64,000 nucleotides of DNA from an uncultured Candidatus Saccharibacteria bacterium (lineage in GTDB: Bacteria > Patescibacteriota > Minisyncoccia > Phycocordibacterales > DATDWN01): contig CAYXWL010000002.1 in assembly GCA_964468795.1 (NCBI GenBank), forward strand, positions 5,459 to 69,458. The letters are read 5' to 3'. Both the position numbers and the translations under genes were made by a program. The notes under the pieces were generated by a model. It was not told the DNA's origin. It saw only the letters and a list, made by a program, of their open reading frames with translations, and searched no databases. The first letter of the stretch is position 1. The number at the start of each line of letters is the position of its first letter. This document shows positions 1 through 9,050 of this stretch, one piece after another.

Positions 1-107
1 ATCACAATGAACATGGCCGTGAACAAGATGGTCAGAGTGACTCCGATTGCACGTTGCATTTGAACCTCCTCACATAAAATTAATATAATTTTCAAAAACA
101 GTCAAAA

Positions 108-2186
108 CTATCTGAGTAAATCCTTATTGCCCATTTTCTTGCTTTCCTTTTTTTTCTTTAACTCTTTCTTTGCATTTTCTTCTATCATTTTTTGAAGCTC
201 TAGTATTTCGTCTCGAAGTATGGCAGCGGTTTCAAAGTCCAATATTTTTACCGCCCCTTCCATCTGCTTTTCCTTTTGCTTTATTAACTTTTGTGGATCC
301 TTTGAAAACTTTTCTTTATCAATTGCTACAAGTTCCGAAACAGCTTTTGCATGTTCTGTACGCATCTGATCCGTAATATCCTGTATCTTCTTTATGATAG
401 TTTTTGGCGTAATGTCATGCTCTTTGTTGTAAGCCATCTGAAGCTCCCTTCTTCGCGCAGTTTCTTTTATTGCATAATCCATTGAGCCTGTCATATTTTC
501 CGCATACAAAATTACTCTTCCGTCCACGTTTCTCGCAGCTCTGCCAATAATCTGTATTAGAGATGATTCGCTTCGCAAGAAGCCTTCTTTATCGGCATCA
601 AGTATTCCAATCAGAGTTACTTCTGGCAAATCCAGACCTTCTCGCAAAAGATTTACTCCCACAAGCACGTCAAACTTTCCTTTTCGAAGATTAGTTAGGA
701 TTTCAATTCTATCAATAGTTTTAATATCGCTGTGCAGATACTCAGCTTTTATTCCCCTTTCTTTCAAATACTCACTCAAGTCCTCCGCCATCTTTTTTGT
801 AAGAGTGGTAGCAATAACCCTTCCACCTTTTTCGATAGCTTTTTCCGATTCCTCTATGAGGTCCCAAACTTGTCCTCTGAAATTTCCTTTTTGAACAATA
901 GGTCTTACTTCGATAACTGGATCAACAAGACCGGTTGGTCGTATGACCTGCTCTACAACCTGCTCTGAATGTTCCCTTTCATAATCTCCAGGAGTAGCAG
1001 AGGTATAGATGGTTTGCCCAACTCTTTCTTCAAATTCAGAAAACTTGAGCGGTCTGTTATCCTTTGCACTAGGCAATCTGAATCCGAAATCAACCAAACT
1101 TTGCTTTCGAGAAGAGTCTCCGCCATACATTGCACCAATCTGAGGAACAGAAACATGGCTCTCATCTATGACAGTTAGAAAATCTGGACTGCCGTCCGCC
1201 TTGTGTGGGAAATATGATAGCAACGTATCAGGAGCCTCTCCCGGAAGCTTTCCTGAAAAATGACGAGAATAATTTTCTATACCATTGCAATATCCCATTT
1301 CCCTTATGAGTGCCAGGTCGTAGTTTGTTCGTCTCTTAAGCCTTTCCGCTTCAAGTATCTTGCCCTCTGCTTCAAGCTCTGCGAGCCTGTCCTTGAGTTC
1401 TGCTTTTATTGTTCTAAAAGCTCTCTCCACCTGATCATCTGTTGAAATGAAATGCTTAGCAGGAAACAAGAAGAACACATTTATATCTTCTAGAATTTCG
1501 CGAGTAATCGCATCTATTTTCGTAATATTGCTCACTACTCCGTCTAAAATATCTATTCTGTAAATTACTTTTTCAGAAACTGGCATAACCTCCACTGTAT
1601 TGCCCATAGCCCTGAAAAGTCCGGGCGAAAGATCCACACCCGTTCTTTCAAAATGAATGTCTACCAAGCGCCTGATAAAATCCGCGCGAGAAATTTTTTG
1701 TCCCTTTTCAACCTTCATGTTTACCCTCTCGTATTCGACAGGTGATCCCAAGCCGTAAATGCATGAAACTGAGGCTACGATAATAACATCTTTCCTGGTA
1801 AGCAGTGCTTGTGTAGAAGCATGTCGCAGTCTTTCTATCTCTTCGTTTATCATTGCCTCTTTTTCTATGTAAGTATCAGAAACCGGCATATATGCTTCTG
1901 GCTGATAGTAGTCGTAGTATGAAACAAAGTAGTGCACTGCGTTGTTAGGAAAAAATTCTTTGTACTCTTGGGCTAGCTGTGCTGCCAGAGTTTTGTTGTG
2001 AGCAATTACAAGAGTCGGCTTTTGAACTTCTTGTATTACATTTGCAACTGTGTAAGTTTTGCCGGATCCAGTCACGCCTAAAAGAGTCTGATGTCTCAGA
2101 CCTTTTTTTACACCTTCTACCAGCGCTTTGATTGCCTTTGGCTGATCGCCAGCTGGCGGAAACTCTCTATGAATTTCAAATTTCAT
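108..2186 (-). CDS. uvrB: Excinuclease ABC subunit B (UvrB). The likely start is MKFEIH at 2186; the listed ORF extends 22 codons further upstream.
   Basis: Walker A GVTGSGKT, UvrB helicase motifs and the C-terminal UvrB/UvrC interaction helix (EILELQKMIEE) are all present. Confidence 0.9.
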   Translation of the reverse strand: MKFEIHREFPPAGDQPKAIKALVEGVKKGLRHQTLLGVTGSGKTYTVANVIQEVQKPTLVIAHNKTLAAQLAQEYKEFFPNNAVHYFVSYYDYYQPEAYMPVSDTYIEKEAMINEEIERLRHASTQALLTRKDVIIVASVSCIYGLGSPVEYERVNMKVEKGQKISRADFIRRLVDIHFERTGVDLSPGLFRAMGNTVEVMPVSEKVIYRIDILDGVVSNITKIDAITREILEDINVFFLFPAKHFISTDDQVERAFRTIKAELKDRLAELEAEGKILEAERLKRRTNYDLALIREMGYCNGIENYSRHFSGKLPGEAPDTLLSYFPHKADGSPDFLTVIDESHVSVPQIGAMYGGDSSRKQSLVDFGFRLPSAKDNRPLKFSEFEERVGQTIYTSATPGDYEREHSEQVVEQVIRPTGLVDPVIEVRPIVQKGNFRGQVWDLIEESEKAIEKGGRVIATTLTKKMAEDLSEYLKERGIKAEYLHSDIKTIDRIEILTNLRKGKFDVLVGVNLLREGLDLPEVTLIGILDADKEGFLRSESSLIQIIGRAARNVDGRVILYAENMTGSMDYAIKETARRRELQMAYNKEHDITPKTIIKKIQDITDQMRTEHAKAVSELVAIDKEKFSKDPQKLIKQKEKQMEGAVKILDFETAAILRDEILELQKMIEENAKKELKKKKESKKMGNKDLLR

Positions 2187-2515
2187 AATTAGATTATAGC
2201 AGTGTGCAAAATAAAATATCGTTGAAGTATTATTTTTTAGGAGACTTCGCAAGGCGGGTAGCCGAGACTTGAGGAATTTTCCAGCAGGAAAATATCCGTG
2301 CTCCTAAAAAATAATACTGAGAAAGATATTTTATACTACAATACCTTAATTTCTCATGTACGAGAAGAGGGCGCCCAGTATACCTGAGTCGCCCCTGATT
2401 AAATCCGGTTCTTCTCGCACTTGCGTGCGCCCCTACGACCGGTAGCTTGGGGAATAAAATTACTGATATTATTATATACCCTATTTAAAATATGTCAATA
2501 GGGTCAGTTAGGTGC

Positions 2516-2547
2516 GAAAAAGGTGGTACTTTCGTACCACCTTTTTA
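2516..2547. terminator. Bidirectional rho-independent terminator.
   Basis: aggtggtac-tttc-gtaccacct is a 9-bp stem flanked by an A-run and a T-run. Confidence 0.6.
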
Positions 2548-2555
2548 AATTTGCA

Positions 2556-2927
2556 TTAGCGACGAACGAGAGGGAGGCTCTCCCACCAAAGCCGTGCAAA
2601 ATGGTAATCGAGAGCCTGCTCAGAGTTTGTGGGTATCCAGAGAAAATTCTTTCCTCTCTGGCCTGGGAGAGCAGGCACCTTTCTGCCGATTGCGTCTGTC
2701 TCCACACCCATCCTCTTGTTGAAATGCTTGCCTGTCTTGGGGTCAATCGAAATGCCGATGAGTCCCTCTTGCACAGTGGCACAATGTGCGCACTGAAGTT
2801 GAGCAGACTCGTAGTGATTTCCTCTCATCCTCCAGAGCTTGATTCCCCTTATGTTGCATGTAGAGCAGATGTACGGCACATCGGGCGATGGTTTGTAATC
2901 AGGCGTTCCCTGAGTTTGCATAATCAT
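2556..2927 (-). CDS. Questionable 123-aa ORF with CxxC...CxxC motifs inside a GC-rich island. It may be non-coding (structured RNA).
   Basis: Long ORFs occur on both strands here, as expected for GC-rich non-coding DNA. A terminator hairpin follows at 2516-2547. Confidence 0.2.
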   Translation of the reverse strand: MIMQTQGTPDYKPSPDVPYICSTCNIRGIKLWRMRGNHYESAQLQCAHCATVQEGLIGISIDPKTGKHFNKRMGVETDAIGRKVPALPGQRGKNFLWIPTNSEQALDYHFARLWWESLPLVRR

Positions 2928-2980
2928 GCACTCCCCCTTTTCCAGTAATATGTAATACCTTTTGTATGCCTTTTTGTCAA

Positions 2981-4195
2981 TTAGTAATTTAGATATGAGC
3001 TAAGAAATTCTCTTTTATATTCTTTAAAATTGCCGTGGAGAATAGATTCTCTCATTCTGTTAACCATGTTTGTCAAAAAATGAATATTGTGTATCGAAGC
3101 AAGTGTTGAGGCAAGCATCTCCTTTGCGTGGAACAGATGAGCCACATAACTTCGAGAGAAGTTCTTGCATGTGTAGCACTCGCACCCTGAATCAAGCGGA
3201 GAGAGATCGCTTCTAAACTGCTGGTTGTTCAGATTTATTTTGCCTTTCTTTGTGTATATGCCGCCATTTCTTGCCATGCGTGTCGGAGCGACGCAATCAA
3301 AAAGATCGCATCCATTCTCAACAGCTATGAACAAATCCTCTGGCTCGCCAATGCCAAGCAAATGTCGTGGTTTCTCTTTCGGTAAAATACTGTTGCACCA
3401 CTGCACAGCCTTATCCATATCTTCCTTGTCGAATGATCCGCCAATACCAAAGCCATCGAAATCGAGTGAGCCAATGTATTCTGCAGATTCTTTTCTTAAA
3501 GCTTCGTTCCTGCCTCCCTGCACGATTCCAAACAATGCCTGCCTTTCTGAATTTTCCTTAGACTTATGATAATCAAGACTTCTTTTCGCCCATCTATGAG
3601 TTCTCTCCAAAGCTTCTTTCTGATAATGAAGCGATTCGTGAGGAGATGTGCACTCATCGAAAGCAAAAATGATGTCTGCACCAAGGTTGTGCTGAATATC
3701 TATGGATTTTTCTGGTGTAAAGTAATGCGCATCGCCCTTTGTGTGATCTCGAAACATCACTCCGTTCGGATCAATGCGGGCGATCTTCGGCCTATTACCT
3801 TCGTCAGCACTTTCCGGTAATGCAAGCTCCTCGTCTTTCTTATGAGCAATCTTACTCATGCCTTTGTTGCCGTACGCTGCACCAAGTGAGAAAACTTGAA
3901 AACCTCCGGAGTCTGTCATAAGTGGGCCATTCCAATTCATCGCCCTGTGCAATCCTCCCATATTTTTTATTGATTCATCTCCGGGTTCTAAATACAAATG
4001 ATATGTATTGCAAATAATTGTCTGCACTCCAGTGTCTTTAGCTTGCTCGGGAGTGAGTGACTTTACTGTGCCTTTTGTTCCAACAGCAACAAAAGCCGGA
4101 GTCTGGATATCTCCGTGAGGTGTGTGTATCGTTCCAACTCTTCCCAATCCTTCTGAAAGTTCCTTGTGAATCTCAAACGAGAGAGGCTTTTTCAT
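2981..4195 (-). CDS. tgt: Queuine tRNA-ribosyltransferase.
   Basis: Tgt motifs are present (DSGGFQ, the zinc site CxCxxC...H region, and the LGIGEPEDL-like core). Length is 404 aa. Confidence 0.85.
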   Translation of the reverse strand: MKKPLSFEIHKELSEGLGRVGTIHTPHGDIQTPAFVAVGTKGTVKSLTPEQAKDTGVQTIICNTYHLYLEPGDESIKNMGGLHRAMNWNGPLMTDSGGFQVFSLGAAYGNKGMSKIAHKKDEELALPESADEGNRPKIARIDPNGVMFRDHTKGDAHYFTPEKSIDIQHNLGADIIFAFDECTSPHESLHYQKEALERTHRWAKRSLDYHKSKENSERQALFGIVQGGRNEALRKESAEYIGSLDFDGFGIGGSFDKEDMDKAVQWCNSILPKEKPRHLLGIGEPEDLFIAVENGCDLFDCVAPTRMARNGGIYTKKGKINLNNQQFRSDLSPLDSGCECYTCKNFSRSYVAHLFHAKEMLASTLASIHNIHFLTNMVNRMRESILHGNFKEYKREFLSSYLNY

Positions 4196-4633
4196 TACTA
4201 GAGATTAGCAAATAAATGTAATTTAAACAAAAGAAAAGCCGGTACCTACTGGTAGCGGCTGCACGTGTATGGGAGTTTGTCAGGGCTCTCACTTTCCTAC
4301 CCTCAAGCCTAAATGAATGGCTTCCCTTGTGTATTGTGTGGACATATGTCCTGTGAGTCTGCACAGTGAGAAGGTGCAAACGTTTTGTTTAAAAAGATCA
4401 AGAACTCAGGGCGGAGCTGAGAACCGCATGGCAAGCGTTCGTTGCCGCCGCCCTGAGAGAACATGAGATGTGGTAGTCGCACACGGCCCTGGTGGGGCAA
4501 GCAGCAGACAGGACATCTCACAGTTCTGTGTACATTATATCAACTGTATTTTTTCTGTCAAGTATTACAATAGTTCAATAAAAAATAGCCCTGTAACAGG
4601 CCATTTTTTCATGCGTACTTATTTTAGCTAAAA

Positions 4634-5104
4634 TTACTGCTGAGGTTTTTCGACTTTTAACAACTCGACGTCAAAAATCAAAGTAGACCCTGCTGGAATC
4701 GGTCCTACATTTTTCATTCCATATCCCAGTTCAGGAGGGATGGTGAGAGTTCTCTTGCCTCCAACTTTCATGCCAACTAGGCCTTCGTCCCATCCCTTTA
4801 TAACCATCCCTGATCCTAGAACGAACTGAAGTGGCTCCCCACGAGAAAGCGAACTGTCAAAAACATCTCCGTTGGTAAACTTGCCTGTGTAATGAACTAT
4901 CACCCTGTCGCCTGTTTGTGCAGTATCGCCAGTACCCACTACAGTATCGTTAACTATTAGACCTTGGTTTTGCATTTTTTTTGAAATGTTAGATTTGTCA
5001 CCTGTAAATAATGATATCAGAGCCTGTCCAAACACAAAGAAAAAACCTACTACAAAAACAGAAACCACAATAGCTACCCACTCGTTCTTGCTTAATGTTT
5101 TCAT
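4634..5104 (-). CDS. FKBP-type peptidyl-prolyl cis-trans isomerase, membrane-anchored.
   Basis: An N-terminal TM helix is followed by an FKBP domain ([16 protein letters not shown]...[23 protein letters not shown]). Confidence 0.85.
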   Translation of the reverse strand: MKTLSKNEWVAIVVSVFVVGFFFVFGQALISLFTGDKSNISKKMQNQGLIVNDTVVGTGDTAQTGDRVIVHYTGKFTNGDVFDSSLSRGEPLQFVLGSGMVIKGWDEGLVGMKVGGKRTLTIPPELGYGMKNVGPIPAGSTLIFDVELLKVEKPQQ

Positions 5105-5336
5105 CCCGTTAAAAATCCCATTATATTCTCCATTCAGTAGAAGATAACGGGACACAAATTATTTTAATAATACTCAATCAAATATTTAAATTTTAATCTG
5201 AACTTGGTAATACATATCTCCGTTATTTCTAACGAGATTCATAGGTTTAAGTATATTATTTTAAAAAAAGGATGCAAACCTAAAATTCACAACTTCTCTC
5301 ATTGCTTTAAGCTCTGGCAAAATATAAAATATATCC

Positions 5337-6086
5337 ATGTCTCACAAAAAGATCGTAAATATTCCAGAAAAGCATATTGATAGAAAGCCTCTTACAAAGA
5401 AAGAGCTTCACGATACGGCAGTAGAAAGAGTTTCGCTCATAGCCAAAGAATTCACAAACGGCTTTAATTTTCTCAGACGTTATCCGAAGTCTGTTACTTT
5501 TTTCGGAGGAAGCAGATTCCATGAACATGACAAGGAATATTTGAAAGCAAAATCTCTAGCCTCCAGAATTTCAAACGAAATCGGCTACGCTATTTTCACC
5601 GGCGGAGGCCCAGGAGTAATGGAGGGTGCAAATAGAGGTGCGTACGAATCTGGAGGCCAATCTGTCGGCCTTACAATCGAGCTTGCCGATCATCAGATTC
5701 AAAACCCTTATCTTACTGACAACCTCGATTTCTATTATTTTTTCAGCCGGAAGGTCAGCTTGGCATTTTCAGCAGAAGCTTATATTTTCTTCCCTGGAGG
5801 ATTCGGCACTTTTGATGAATTATTCGAAATTTTGACTTTGGTCCAGACAAAGAAAATCGAGAAAGTGCCTATTATTTTAGTTGGTTCTGATTTTTGGAAT
5901 GAGTTCGACAAATTTATCAGAAAAGAAATGCTTGGTAGCGGAACAATAGACGAACAGGATCTTTCGCTTTATACAATTACAGACGATGAAGACCATATTA
6001 TTGAAATAATCAAAAGTGTACCAATACATAATGGAATAAAGTTCCATTATAAAGATCTTGAATCTTCAGGAATTGAGATACAGTAG
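5337..6086 (+). CDS. LOG family protein (TIGR00730; cytokinin riboside 5'-monophosphate phosphoribohydrolase-like).
   Basis: GGGPGVMEGANRGA and PGGFGTFDELFE motifs. Confidence 0.8.
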   Translation: MSHKKIVNIPEKHIDRKPLTKKELHDTAVERVSLIAKEFTNGFNFLRRYPKSVTFFGGSRFHEHDKEYLKAKSLASRISNEIGYAIFTGGGPGVMEGANRGAYESGGQSVGLTIELADHQIQNPYLTDNLDFYYFFSRKVSLAFSAEAYIFFPGGFGTFDELFEILTLVQTKKIEKVPIILVGSDFWNEFDKFIRKEMLGSGTIDEQDLSLYTITDDEDHIIEIIKSVPIHNGIKFHYKDLESSGIEIQ

Positions 6087-6099
6087 AATATAAATATAT

Positions 6100-6201
6100 A
6101 AAAAAAACAAAACACTTTTATTCGCTGAAACTTTTGATAGACCAGACCCTACCCCTAACCCCTATTAAAAGTTTCAAGCTCAACAAGTGTTTTGTTTTTT
6201 T
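6100..6201. terminator. Long nested inverted repeat between the convergent LOG and xseB genes, probably a bidirectional terminator.
   Basis: A 17-bp perfect IR (6101-6117 / 6185-6201) encloses a 9-bp IR (6127-6135 / 6167-6175). The loop is C-rich (ccctacccctaacccctatt). Confidence 0.45.
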
Positions 6202-6412
6202 ATTTTTGTATTTCCTTCTTTATTTCCTTAAACTCGTTTTCAATTTCAGAAAGTCTTTCTCTTGAAGCCTTTATTAGTTCAGCACCTTCTTTTACATAAT
6301 CCAGACCCTTCTCTACATCAAGCTCAGACTGGTTTTCAAACCACGACACGATTTGTGCCAATTTCTTTAGAGTTTCATTCAGATTTATTTGGTTTCCGTT
6401 CTTTTTTGTCAT
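6200..6412 (-). CDS. xseB: Exodeoxyribonuclease VII small subunit.
   Basis: A 70-aa helical protein with the XseB signature, located immediately downstream of xseA. Confidence 0.8.
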   Translation of the reverse strand: MTKKNGNQINLNETLKKLAQIVSWFENQSELDVEKGLDYVKEGAELIKASRERLSEIENEFKEIKKEIQK

Positions 6413-6414
6413 AT

Positions 6415-7653
6415 TTATATTATTTGTGAGTTAATTATACCGTCAGACAATGTGATGTCTAGCTCATCGCCCTTTTTAACATCCATTGCACTCCTCAAAA
6501 CCTTACCTTTTGATCTTACAATGCTATATCCCCTTTTGAGCTGTCTTTCTGGGTTGTAAGAGTCTATTACTTTGCCGACTTGGGACAAATGATCGTCTAT
6601 AGAAGCATGCATGAGCGAGAATTCTCTGGAAAGCTCCTTGGAAGACTGCTCAATTTTTTCAAAAACTCTTTTTATTCCGCTTTCTATCCTATCTACAGAA
6701 CGCAAAAGCGTCTGCTCCGCTCGATGAAAAGTCTGGATAAATTCAGCGAACCTGCCCTGTATGATATTTTCGCCGGTTTCTATTGCGTACTGGCTGTCTA
6801 TTAGTGCCACCTGATAATTTACAAAAATCTTTTCTTCCGCAAGCCTTACCAAAGACAAGGCTTCCATCCAGCCCTGAGACAAAAGATTTGCCACAGCTGT
6901 AGGAGTAGATACATTTTTGTCTGAAACCATTGAAACTAATGGCTCGTCCTTGTCATGGCCGATTCCAGTAAGTACAGGCACCGGAAAATCTGCAACTGCC
7001 CTGACTAATACTTCGTTATTGAACGCCTGAAAAGATTCCAGCGAGCCTCCACCTCTCATGATAACTAAAACATCTAATTCTTCTTTTTTTAAAGTATTTA
7101 CAGCTGAAAGCAGATCCTTTATCGAATCCTGACCCTCAACTTTTGAATCAACAAACAAAATTTGAAATCCAAATTTGCCTATGTTTGTCAGAAAGTCGTT
7201 TATAACGGCTCCACTCTTTGACGTTATAACGCCTATTTTGCATGGATATTTTGGAATCTGCCTTTTTCTTAGAGGAGAAAACAAGCCTTCTAGTTCTAGC
7301 TGTTTTTTTAACTTATCATAAGCTAACTGCAAAGCTCCCTCGCCAACCATTTCGATAAGTTCAACTTGTAGGGAGAGCCCGCCATTCGGCTTATAGACTG
7401 CAGGATATGCGGTAATCACAACTTCCATGCCATCTTTTATAGGCACTCCGGAAATTTTAAAATCATTCTTCCACATAAAGCACTTAACAGTGCTGGCATC
7501 CTTGCTGTCCTTTATTGAAAAGTAAAGATAGCTTCTGCCCTCATACATCTGCACGCCGGAAATTTCTCCGATAATCCTAGCCTTTTCTGCCTTGAGAGAA
7601 GAATTGACTCTGTCCAAATATTGGCTCACAGGTATGATTTCTTTCTTATCCAT
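6415..7653 (-). CDS. xseA: Exodeoxyribonuclease VII large subunit.
   Basis: An OB-fold N-terminus is followed by the ExoVII large-subunit catalytic region. The gene is 412 aa and adjacent to xseB. Confidence 0.85.
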   Translation of the reverse strand: MDKKEIIPVSQYLDRVNSSLKAEKARIIGEISGVQMYEGRSYLYFSIKDSKDASTVKCFMWKNDFKISGVPIKDGMEVVITAYPAVYKPNGGLSLQVELIEMVGEGALQLAYDKLKKQLELEGLFSPLRKRQIPKYPCKIGVITSKSGAVINDFLTNIGKFGFQILFVDSKVEGQDSIKDLLSAVNTLKKEELDVLVIMRGGGSLESFQAFNNEVLVRAVADFPVPVLTGIGHDKDEPLVSMVSDKNVSTPTAVANLLSQGWMEALSLVRLAEEKIFVNYQVALIDSQYAIETGENIIQGRFAEFIQTFHRAEQTLLRSVDRIESGIKRVFEKIEQSSKELSREFSLMHASIDDHLSQVGKVIDSYNPERQLKRGYSIVRSKGKVLRSAMDVKKGDELDITLSDGIINSQII

Positions 7654-8278
7654 TTATTTTTTGAGTTTTATTCCTTCTGCTAGTCCAATATTCCACTATA
7701 GTAGGCAAAAGCGAAATGAAAATAATCATTACAACTATAGGTTCCAAGTACAAATGTGCCTTAGGAAAGATGGTGCCAAGATAGTAGCCAAGAGAAGTCA
7801 TGCCGACTGTCCAAAATGCACCGCCGATAATGTTGTACTTTAAAAACTTTTTATGATCCAAGTCCACAGCTCCAGCCAGAGCAGGACTGAACGACCTAAC
7901 AATAGGCACAAATCTGCCGATAATTACCGTTTTTGCTCCGTATTTTTCAAAAAACTCATGAGTATAATCCAGATGCTTTTTCTTGAACCAGTACTTGTCA
8001 TTGCTGTTTAGGATAAAAACTCTGACCCTCTCACCCACAAGATAGCTGAGGTAGTAACCGAGAGTGGCAGAAACATACAGGCCGACAATAAGAGCCCAGA
8101 ATTTGAAATCGCCTTTTGATGCCAGAAAGCCTGTGATAAAAAGCAGGCTGTCTCCCGGCAAAAAGAAAGTAAATGGAAAAGACTCAAGGAATATGATTAT
8201 AAAAACAATAACGTAGCTCCAGTTTCCGGCTTGGTGAAGAAAATTTGTTAAGTAATCCATATCCTGCAATTCTAGCAC
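7646..8278 (-). CDS. DedA/VTT-domain membrane protein.
   Basis: FLESFPF..LPGDSLLFITG motif with multiple TM segments. Confidence 0.75.
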   Translation of the reverse strand: MLELQDMDYLTNFLHQAGNWSYVIVFIIIFLESFPFTFFLPGDSLLFITGFLASKGDFKFWALIVGLYVSATLGYYLSYLVGERVRVFILNSNDKYWFKKKHLDYTHEFFEKYGAKTVIIGRFVPIVRSFSPALAGAVDLDHKKFLKYNIIGGAFWTVGMTSLGYYLGTIFPKAHLYLEPIVVMIIFISLLPTIVEYWTSRRNKTQKING

Positions 8279-8284
8279 AAAACT

Positions 8285-9010
8285 TTATCTGAAAGTAGGA
8301 TTCAAAATGTCAGAAATATCTGATTTTTTAAGGGGAAATTCGTTGATTCCCATGGCATAAGGACCGATCTGGTACTGCTGGAATATGAATACGATATTGC
8401 TAGGAGTTAAATACCAAGCTGAAAAGTTTTCTTCATTTGGAGATACGCCCGGATCAATCATGGCAGGCTGACTGTATTCTGAAAAGTTCTTATATGCGTA
8501 ATCTTTTGCAAGCTGAGATATTTTTACAAGGTAATTATCACCAAGCACGTCTGACAATTTCAACAGCTTGCCGGACTTATCATAGGTAAAGGTTGAAACT
8601 GATGTTCCTCCGTGAGCACCTCCAGTATATTCGTACACTTCTATTATGAATGAGATGCTTTTGGATGAAGTGGCAATTTTTGTGTTTGCATATAGCTGAA
8701 ATTGCACGTCTTCCCTGCCATACATTTCTTTAACCTGACTTTGGGAGATCGAACCAAAGTCTTTCTGGAAATCTGATATGACCTTGTTTATAAAAGAGTT
8801 AACCTCCGGATATTTTGTAGCGGAAGACTCCGGATAGGACATGTTTATAACGGCATAAGTAGTAGTAGCGTTGTAATTGCTGAGCTTTATCTCACTTTCC
8901 GTGCTTGTATTTTTTGGCAAATTAACAGGCTTATTCCTAACCATTGTGAAATACAGGCCAAGTATTATTAATGCAGTAAATATTGAAAATAAGATTATGC
9001 GTTTTTGCAT
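8285..9010 (-). CDS. Membrane-anchored DUF3298/DUF4163-like (RsiV C-terminal-like) protein.
   Basis: Signal anchor. The family was recognised from memory only. Confidence 0.45.
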   Translation of the reverse strand: MQKRIILFSIFTALIILGLYFTMVRNKPVNLPKNTSTESEIKLSNYNATTTYAVINMSYPESSATKYPEVNSFINKVISDFQKDFGSISQSQVKEMYGREDVQFQLYANTKIATSSKSISFIIEVYEYTGGAHGGTSVSTFTYDKSGKLLKLSDVLGDNYLVKISQLAKDYAYKNFSEYSQPAMIDPGVSPNEENFSAWYLTPSNIVFIFQQYQIGPYAMGINEFPLKKSDISDILNPTFR

Positions 9011-9050
9011 AATCTTATTTTATCACACAGTAAATGAAGAAGTTATAAGC

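Noticed and set aside
170-1445. Several 60-80-aa ORFs (170..376, 732..968, 953..1165, 969..1178, 1260..1445) inside or antisense to uvrB.
   Set aside because: They lie entirely within the well-supported uvrB CDS, have no recognisable domains, and show low-complexity translations. They are spurious.
2504-2948. ORFs 2504..2782(-) and 2523..2948(+) overlapping the GC-rich island.
   Set aside because: Mutually overlapping long ORFs on both strands are expected in GC-rich non-coding sequence. No domain signatures are present.
4173-4521. ORFs 4173..4379(-) and 4309..4521(-).
   Set aside because: They lie in the GC-rich putative ncRNA region. The peptides have no features. They are rejected as coding.
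2253-4560. Attempt to assign the GC-rich elements to tmRNA, RNase P RNA or SRP RNA.
   Set aside because: I could not find GGAAAGUCCGGGCUCC / ACAGAA…CGGCUUA in the right order, a tRNA-like 3' end with CCA, a plausible tag ORF, or the SRP GGAA/AGCAG domain-IV motif. The elements are left unassigned.
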